Assembly: GCA_951406725.2 (NCBI GenBank)
Contig: OX597815.1
Location: 156,116,001 to 156,180,000, forward strand
Direction of reading: 5' to 3'
Source of the DNA: Octopus vulgaris
Lineage: Eukaryota
Length of the DNA: 64,000 nt
Under the pieces are notes generated by a model. The model was not told the DNA's origin and ran no database searches. It saw only the letters and a program-made list of their open reading frames with translations. A program made the translations under genes and the position numbers. Positions 55,108 through 64,000 of the stretch are shown one piece after another; the stretch's first letter is position 1; every line of letters begins with the position of its first letter.

Positions 55108-55870
55108 ACATATTATTAACTACACATATCATTACATATTATTAACTATAATAAGAATAGCACTGATAATAGTATCTAAGCAACGTTAAATATTACATTT
55201 CGCACCTCAACTGGCGCTATGTTATGCATATATAAAATCCTAACAACATTGTGAATTGCAGAATCAAAATTACACGTACATACCTAAAAACGTTACAGCA
55301 GAGAATTTTATGAAGGATACGTAAACACATCAATTTTATCAAGTTTCATGGGAATGATTTTGGTGCATTTTCTTGTTACATATTTATAAATTCCATCCTA
55401 GAATTATTGTTGTTATTATATTTATCCTACATTCCATCGGTATAACCATGATGCAACCCCGAAAATTTGACAAACTAGACAATATCGTTAGACGGTAAGC
55501 GGCATAATGGAATACGAGATATCTTTGCATACCCTTAACGTTACCATAAACAAATTTAAAAGATATTTATAGAGAGCATTAGTAGTCTCCCTACCCCACT
55601 AACTTCAGCCTACTACTTTTCCTATAATACATTCAAATATGTCTAAGTTAAATTCCTCAAAATGAGGATGGATTTATGGCTTTGACATTTGCACTACCCC
55701 TTCCTCTATTTATAAATATAAAAAAAATCTTGTTTATCTCCATTGAACCACGAATAGAACCCCCTCCCCACTGATGGATCTAAATAACAAAGTGAACTCA
55801 GGGATAAAAAATTTACAGATGGAGAAGAAAATACCACCACCATGTTCTAAATGATGAAATTAACCTCTCT

Positions 55871-55914
<44 letters not shown>

Positions 55915-55916
<2 letters not shown>

Positions 55917-56027
55917 CACCGTGACCGACCAGGCTATCAGATGTTGCTACACATCGCTGATCACAATGCGCTTCGCATTGTTTTAGCCTTCGAATGACGC
56001 CACCCCGCTGGCTAAGCGAGCAGGCCA
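55915..56027 (-). mobile_element. 3' module of SINE family 3, isolated between (TA)n runs
   Basis: Homologous to 19850-19887 plus 20293-20375. Confidence 0.55.
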
Positions 56028-56436
56028 TATACATATATATATATATGTATTTATATATATACGTCCATCTGTAGGACTTATTTAGCATTACCTGAGACTT
56101 TGGGTCTCAGTGTCACCATTACCTCTCATAACCCCCCCTCTCTCTCTCTCTCTCTCCCTCTCTCTCTCTCTCCCTCTCTCTCTCTCTATATATATTATAT
56201 ATATAAAAAATTAAGCAATAACTCTTAAAGTTGGCAAATGCAAATATCTCGGATGAACTTGGATCAGTCACGGTAGCTCAATAAAGGAGATAAAAGTATG
56301 GCTTTTCACATTTAAGTAACTTTATACTTTTAAAATATTAAGGCTCCAAGCTCAGTAAATAAGAATGAAAATATATTTTTTTAAACTTTGAATATATCCC
56401 AAATATATTATAAACATTTGAAGATCCATTCTTGGC

Positions 56437-56498
<62 letters not shown>

Positions 56499-57769
56499 CA
56501 CATTCTTTTGCTTTGAAAGATAACGTTTTTAAACACGAAATATAAATCTACAAAAAGCTCTTGCTCAATATTTATGGTACTACCTCGTTTCATTATTTCA
56601 AAACAGTAACTGAATGTTTTTTATGTAACATAACGCAAGTTTTGGCAAGCGAGATAGCTTTTAGGAGTTGATGCAAATTAGAAAGTTACGTTAGGAAAGC
56701 CTGAAGTGATGCATTATTCAACGTCTTTGCCAGGAAAAACTTTCTATGTTAGTTCATACAAGTTATAGAGACTTCAGCTTAATAAGCAGGAGAGCAAGAG
56801 AGCAATCCTTCTTATCAACTAGTACAACAGGATTTAAAATGTCCCTCACCTGGTGTTTATTTCTGCCATGTACCACCAGACATTTACCCTCGTAGTTCAA
56901 TGATCTTGAACAATCTGGAACACCAGCTCTTCTTTTATCTGTAGCTGCACCATTCTTTCACATGAATCATTCGGCTCCCAATTATATGTATAATTTGTGT
57001 TTTTTCTTATCACGTGTATGCCTTGTGTTTATCTGTATATTTGCCTCAAGTGCCAAATCGTATTGTTACAAGATGCTAAATATCCATTCAGCTATGCTAA
57101 ATTAACAGCGTCCAAACAATCCCGACCCAATCGTATTATTCCATTGTCATCACAACCTCTTTTTCCAGTTGTAATGAAACGTTTAAGCAGTTATATGAAT
57201 AGAGTAATGGTTCGATTGAGCCTGCTCAGCGCTGTGTTGAATGCATTGAAACTATGTGCTGATTCTAATAACACAAATGTCTATTTGCACCAGCACTTTC
57301 AATTTTAGTTGTAAACCAACATCAAATATTCGTATATTGGTTATAATAAGTTAGACGTAAATATAATGAAAGAGATTAGTGCTACGTTTTATGAGACGGC
57401 TGTTATATTTATACTGTATGGATTTTATTGAAATCATTCAGTGATGATTCTTATATCTCAGTTCAATGATGGCTGTAATGACAGTTTAGAGGCGGTCGAA
57501 TTAATACAACTCAGTGTTGCTTATAATGACGCAGCAGACAGGTAGTTTTAAGGATATATTAGTGACGGTTATAACTCAGTTTTGATTATTATGAAACATA
57601 TTTGCAAAAGCAGCACAATTATTTATAACAGATGAATTACTGAATTAAAAAAAAAAAAAATATTTTTATTATTTCGAACATGTGCGTGAAAATTTCCCAA
57701 ATATTACTTGGATCTAAATCATTATGTATGTGTGTGTGTGCTTGTTTGTTTGTGTGTGTGCTTGTTTGC

Positions 57770-57808
<39 letters not shown>

Positions 57809-58639
57809 AATGTATGTTTCATTCAACCACGATAGTAGTTGAATAGTGTTCTTAAGACCACAATTTACTCACACGCATCATATTTCAGAGTTTGTCGTTA
57901 ATTTAGTTTTTAACCAAATTGAAAATTGTTATCATTATTGAAGAGGACTTGTCCCTAGCTATATTTTGGTATACAAAATTGAAATTTGGTCCAGTAGAAA
58001 AAAGTTTACATTAAAATTTGTAGCAACGTTATAGGTGAGTAAGCAACGCCTCTAATCAAGTTTAGATCTGAATAACTTTTTCTTTTATTTTGAAAGTAAA
58101 ATATATTTATCTTATCTTGAATTATAGAAGAAAGCATGAGGAATTTCATGGTTTTGGTCCCGTGCAACAAATAATTGTATCATCATGAAAAAAACATAAG
58201 TAAGGCAACAACTTGAATTTAAGTATAATTAACTATTTTTTTAATAGTAGAAACGAACTATATTTTAATCAAGCTTAAATACTCATTTCGAGGAACTTCA
58301 TGGTATCAATCACATGCAATGAAGTTTTAAAAAAAAAAAGTCATGAGTGTTTGTTTCTCAATTTTGAGGGTGATAATATAGTTCTATACTTTTTATGAAT
58401 ATAGTTCTATAAGGGGACTTTTAATATATGTCACCGGCATCATTGAGGTAAGAAAAAAATATCAAATCACACCGCTAACCTGGAATTACTTTAATTACAC
58501 CAGCTTAAGTGACAGACAAATTTCAATAAGGTAAAACCTTAAATCATTAATTGACACATTATTAATTAACAAAATAACATAACCTGGGGAAAACATGGAT
58601 TATATGCAAAAATACGAGCAAGAGAATTAATATTCTTAA

Positions 58640-59350
58640 GATTATAAACCTGGAAAAGTTGAGAACAAGTTATTACATCTGATAGAATACAGAACAAGCA
58701 AATTTCATTTCTACATCGTATTGTCACGTATGATGAAAAATGGATTCTTTTCAACAATAGTGGTTGGATAGAGACAAAGTGACAAAACAATCCAAAAAAG
58801 CATATTCACCAAAAAAAAAGCTAATGATGTATGTTTGGTGGTCCAGCGTTGGTGTCATCCACTGCAGCTTTATGAGACCTGGTAAGTCTATTACAGCGGA
58901 TGCATACATCAACCAACTGGATGAAATGATGAGGGAACTTGCAATTAAACAACCGAGATTAGTCAATAGAAACCTCCAATTCTCTTGCAAGACAATACTC
59001 GACCACATGATGCACAAAGAAGGCTGCTCAAGTTACAGGAACTGAACTTAGAAGTACTCTGTCGTCCACCATATTCAACAGACCTTGTTCCAACTGACTA
59101 TCACGCTTTCCAGGCAATACGCATCTTTTTGTAAAGAAAAAATTCAAATCTGAAAAAGATGCCAAGCACTCTTTCGTGATTTCATCATCTCTTACTCTCC
59201 AGAATTCCTCGCTGCTGGCATAAATAATTTACCGATAAAATGGCAAAATTGTGATGATAATTTGGGTGCATACGTTGATGAACAGCATTGTTTTTTGTTG
59301 AGATAAAGTAAAATAAATTCTCCGATCAAAATTGAACATTTTATTCTTAG
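58640..59350 (+). mobile_element. mariner (DD34D) transposase pseudogene, 3' two-thirds
   Basis: FLHRIVTYDEKWI..KKLMMYVWWSSVGVIHCSFMRPGKSITADAYINQLDEM..LLQDNTRPH..PPYSTDLVPTDYH..GINNLPIKWQNCDDNLGAYVDE; frameshifted. Confidence 0.9.
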
Positions 59351-59354
59351 TCAT

Positions 59355-60115
59355 GCACAGTAGCCACTGAAACGATAGACTTGTATGCTGGAACGTTGTT
59401 CTGATGAAAGTAGAGACCTTTTTCTAGGCGTTTGGTCTTGATAGCCTTTCGTAATTGTCACAGCAAGTTGGCATAGTATTTTCTGTTGATACTGTGGCTT
59501 TTTTGAGGAAAGTCAATAAACACAATTCCTTCTGCATCTCACGAAACTCCCTGCAGATGAAACAAGCTTGGTCTTTCTTTCGTGCAGATGAAGCGGAAGT
59601 GTTCACACTGCAAGGATTGCCTCTTAGACTCTGGCTCAAAGTGAAGAAGCCAACACTCATCCCGGTTTAGTAATGTACAATAAAACCAACTGGAACTGTC
59701 CGAAACAATTTCAAATTTTCCTGTGATGTGATCAGCCTGATACGCCTTTGATCGGATGTCCGAAGACGTGGCAAGTTCATACCAAGTTCATTGTACAAAA
59801 TATACGCGTATCTTTCACGGGATATGCTAATAACATTGGCTATTTGATTTAAAGTTAACCACTTACCTTTATCACCATGCTGGGAACACGATCAACGTTC
59901 TCCTCGGTGGTGAAACTGCAGGACGAGCAGACTTTGGATCATCTTCAATATTCTCCGTCCCCCTCCTAAATTCAGCTGTCCCCTTTGCACTAGTGATAAA
60001 GACGGGGCGTCATCCCCTAATGTAGCGTTCATGTCAGCATGTACGTCGTTGGGGGCTAAACTCTTATTTTGCAGGCACTTGATAGCACGACGATACCAAA
60101 TTTTGTCGATTTACA
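59355..60115 (-). mobile_element. Second mariner transposase pseudogene (different subfamily), 3'-truncated
   Basis: Minus strand DKIWYR..KSLAPNDVHADMNATLGDDAPSLSLVQR..AEFRRGTENIEDDPKSARP..DAEGIVFIDF..INRKYYANLL*QLRKAIKTKR..YFHQNNVPAYKS. Confidence 0.82.
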
Positions 60116-60265
60116 ACAGAAATTGCTACTAGTTATTTTTGGAGTCTCTTTTGAACAGTTAAATGTCAGTTTACCTATAAAGAAACAATGCAGTTAGTAA
60201 TACAAAGAGTAGAAATTTATGCAGGCAGCCATAATTTATGTATCCCGAACTCATGTATATATATG

Positions 60266-60361
<96 letters not shown>

Positions 60362-60369
60362 AACACACT

Positions 60370-60532
60370 ATTGCCAGTTCCACTGCACTCTCGGAGTGGT
60401 TGGCGTTAGGAAGGGCATCCAGCTGTAGAAACCATACCATAGAGAGATTGGAGCCTGGTGCAGCCATCTCGTTCGCCAGACCTCAGTCAAATTGTCCAAC
60501 TCATGCTAGCATGGAAAGCGGACGTTAAATGC
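60370..60532 (+). mobile_element. Retroposon 3' fragment (RTE-related tail)
   Basis: GAGTGGTTGGCGTTAGGAAGGGCATCCAGCTGTAGAAAC..CATGCTAGCATGGAAAGCGGACGTTAAATG; recognised as a common retroposon tail, family not certain. Confidence 0.5.
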
Positions 60533-60556
60533 TGCTGCAGATATATAAATAAGGTT

Positions 60557-60962
60557 TACTTGCTTCATCCATTGAAATACGGCCTTTCTGGGGCACCGTC
60601 TTGAAGAGTTTAATCGAAGAAATTGTCACCGAAACTTATGTTTTTTAAGCCTGGTACTTTCTCGATATCTCTTGTCAAACCGCTAATTTACGCGGATCTA
60701 AGCTAACCAACACTGTTTGGCAAGCGGCAGTGTGAGACAAATGCAAACGCAAAGACACGCGCTCTCAATACACACACAACAACACACAATACATGCACAT
60801 GCTCTCAGAGCTTCAGTTTCCTTCTACTTAGTTTGCTCATAAGGCTCTGGTCGGCTCGATGTTATAGCAGAAATCACTTCCTCTAGAGGCGAGGCAGCGG
60901 GACTGATCGCGGAACTATGTGGTTGAGAAGCCAACGTCCTGCCACACAGCAACGCTTGCGTA
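60557..60962 (-). mobile_element. Old, diverged relative of SINE family 1
   Basis: Same module order at clearly lower identity; similar relics at ~19455-19670, ~26420-26720 and ~42172-42295. Confidence 0.6.
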
Positions 60963-60978
60963 TGTATGTATAAACCGC

Positions 60979-61032
<54 letters not shown>

Positions 61033-61039
61033 AAGGTAA

Positions 61040-61176
61040 ATATGGCTGGTCTATGGGCTTACCCCGGAGTTTCACGTCCATAAAGTTTTACACTGTTTCT
61101 TCTGACCCTAGAACCCGTTGGTCTAAGCGCTGTATAGACATGAAACCCAGGGTAAGCCCCCATATACCGGCCATAT
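61040..61176. mobile_element. Small hairpin MITE with ~43-bp imperfect TIRs
   Basis: ATATGGCTGGTCTATGGGCTTACCCCGGAGTTTCACGTCCATA vs TATAGACATGAAACCCAGGGTAAGCCCCCATATACCGGCCATAT. Confidence 0.65.
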
Positions 61177-61284
61177 CTATCTTTATCTATATACTCTACT
61201 CTCTATAACTTAGAGTGTGCCTCTCTTTCAGATTTATGACTTACTGAAGAAATATGTATGTATGTATAAACGTATGTATGTATG

Positions 61285-61655
61285 TTCTTTTATTTGTTTC
61301 AGTCATTGGACTGTGGCCATACTGGAGCACCGCGTTTAGTCGAAGAAATCGACCACTGGATTTAATATTTGTAAGCCTAGGCCTTGTTCTATCGGTCTCT
61401 TTTGCTGAGCCATTAAGTTTCGGCTGCATAAACACACCAACAACAGTTGTCAAGCGATGGAGGGGGAACAAAATAATGACACACGCACACACACACACAC
61501 ATATACACGACGGGCTTCTTTCAGTTTTCGCCTCACAAGTGTTTGGTTGGCCCGAGGGTATAGTAGAAAACATTTTGTCCAAGATGCAACGCAGTGGGAC
61601 TGAACCCAGAACCAGGTGGTTGGGAAGCAAGTTTCTTACTACACAGCCACGCATG
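61285..61655 (-). mobile_element. SINE family 1 (more diverged)
   Basis: Colinear with the other copies. Confidence 0.85.
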
Positions 61656-61658
61656 TAT

Positions 61659-61730
<72 letters not shown>

Positions 61731-61752
61731 ATGTATGTATGTATGTATGTAT

Positions 61753-61983
61753 TACTCTTTTTTACTCTTTTACTTGTTTCAGTAATTTGACTGTGGCAAT
61801 GCTGGAGCACAGCCTTTACTCAAGCAAATCGACTCCAGGACTTTTTCTTAGTAAGCCTAGTACTTATTCTATCGGTCTCTTTTGCCGAACCGCTAAGTTA
61901 CGGGGACGTAAACACAGTAGCATCGGTTGTCAAGCGATGTTGGGGGGACAAACACAGACACACAAACATATGCGCACACATAC

Positions 61984-62024
<41 letters not shown>

Positions 62025-62178
62025 TACGACGGGCTTCTTTCAGTTTCCGTCTGCCAAATCCACTCAGAAGGCTTTAGATCATCCGAGACTATAGTAGAAA
62101 CACTTGCCCAAGGTACCACGCAGGGGGACTGAACCCGAAAGCAAGTGGTTGGTAAGCAAGCTACTTACCACTCAGCCA
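61753..62178 (-). mobile_element. SINE family 1
   Basis: Colinear; tandem with the previous copy across a microsatellite. Confidence 0.9.
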
Positions 62179-62608
62179 GGCTGTTTTGAGCTTGACTAAA
62201 TCTTCGTGTGGTTCAGACATAAATCGCCATTCGTAAATCGAATTTTTGCAAAATATTTCATTTGGTATAAGTTCCTTTTTATCAAATAAACAATTGTATT
62301 TTTAACAGTGTTGGCATAATATTTTCACTACATCTTTAATGAAATGTTGAAAAAAGGAACACCTATCTTAAAGTACTGAACGCATAAACAATAGATTTGT
62401 TTCCATAAATGTAACAGCAGAATTCTTTAATTCAATTTTTGCTTTTTTCGTGATACGCATGTGCTTTCCTTAATGTTAACCTGAAGTCAGAAAGAAGGTA
62501 ATAATTTTAAAGATGCTTACTCGAAGTAGATGCCAAAAAGAATAAGATTTAGTTTTGTACTTTTACTGAGAAGTTGAGAATTATAAAAGCGACATTTTTA
62601 TGAAAATA

Positions 62609-62667
<59 letters not shown>

Positions 62668-62866
62668 TACATATATATGATCCTTTGGTCCTACAAATTA
62701 AATTTCTACTGTACTTGTTGGGGCCTAGAATATTTAGTTTCAGTAATTCTGTTTTATTTATAAATTTCTTGATTTTGTTTGTATTCATTGATAATGTTCA
62801 ATGCAGCATGTGTCGTGTTTAATGATTGATTGTTTATTTCATAGCAGGCAAGGGATGTACTTGATA

Positions 62867-62903
<37 letters not shown>

Positions 62904-62944
62904 ACTTGGAGTCGTTTGTCGGTTCACGAGGTTTTTGAGGCTCC

Positions 62945-63300
62945 ACGCATGCACACACACACACACGCATGCACGAAAACACACGCACGCAAACACACGC
63001 ACGCACACACATACACACACACATACACACACACACGCATGCACGCAAACACACGCACGCAAACACACGCACGCACACACACACACACATACACACACAT
63101 ACATACATAACCATACGCGTATGCGATATACACACTAACATGCATATATGTGCTTGTGTGTGTATGTTTGTCAGTGAGTTTGTGTGGTGAGTACACATGT
63201 ATGTATGTATGTATGTATGTATGCATGTATGTATGTATGTACGTATGTATGTATGTATGTATGTATGTATGTACGTATGTATGTATGTACGTATTTATGT
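62945..63300. repeat. Compound (CA)/(CACG)/(TATG) microsatellite block
   Basis: Includes a duplicated unit of roughly 70 bp built from CA/CACG motifs. Confidence 0.9.
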
Positions 63301-63952
63301 GAGTGAGTGTGTATGGTTGCGTGTAAGTGTGTCAAACAACGCTATTTTTGAGTAGAGACAAACTATGCCAATCTGATAAGTAACAAGACACACATATATA
63401 TAATTTATTATCCAAGAAAATGAACCAAAGAAAACAGACATGAGTTTCTTCTCAAAGTCATAAGATTGATTTCTGTCTTGAATTCTTACTCCCCAGGTTC
63501 AAATATACTAACAACACTGAACGGGTGAGGTAGAATATTCACCATTACGAAATATTGTGTCGAGAGAAAATTTTTGAAATATTTTGGTAACTTATTTGCT
63601 TTATACGTCAAGTTACAACAAAGGCAGCCTAGCATTCAAAATGGAAGCCAACGTTTTGCACTGCCTGAAGTCACCTTTCTACCAGTTTATTTGATTCCAT
63701 AATGATACCATTACTCGTCCTTCGACGCTAAGAACGCCTTCACTGAAGCTTCCACCAAGTGTCTTATGGATAGGAACAAGTTATAAGGAGACCAATTGTT
63801 TAGCTACCAGACACAAAATACATAATAGCGTTGGTTTGTTCGATTAACACTGCAAGTCGGTGCTCCAGCATGGCCTTCCACTCTTTCTTCATATCCTCCA
63901 ATTTCTTTCGTCTTCATGCTGCCTCGTCTTCTTCCACCTCATTTTGTTGTTC

Positions 63953-63997
<45 letters not shown>

Positions 63998-64000
63998 CCA

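Noticed and set aside
56880-57310. Possible third mariner relic on the minus strand (LKRFITTG)
   Set aside because: Only one or two weak motifs; insufficient to call.

Overview
AT-rich, gene-poor eukaryotic DNA made almost entirely of interspersed repeats and microsatellites. The SINE families look like coleoid cephalopod (Octopus-type) elements; this is inference from recognition, not from a search. I see no confident intact host gene, rRNA, tRNA gene or CRISPR array, and nearly all ORFs in the supplied track are microsatellite or SINE artefacts. Supported content: three stacked Dong/R4-type non-LTR fragments at (TAA)n runs (1-1660); two decayed Penelope-like elements (RT + GIY-YIG; ~31.5-35.2 kb minus, ~51.4-54.7 kb plus); at least ten copies of a tRNA-derived CORE-like SINE with an internal microsatellite; two further SINE families; two non-autonomous Helitrons; several Tc1/mariner relics; and a piggyBac-like MITE. 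Two signals stand out. (i) Two related GGAT-terminated MITEs with exact 8-bp TSDs (Merlin-like) carry telomeric (CCCTAA)n sequence internally. (ii) At least eight hammerhead-ribozyme-like motifs occur, mostly in short non-coding cassettes next to or between (TA)n runs, with recurrent non-canonical cores (CCGANGA, CUGUNGA). Repeat boundaries were read by eye and are approximate unless TSDs are given.
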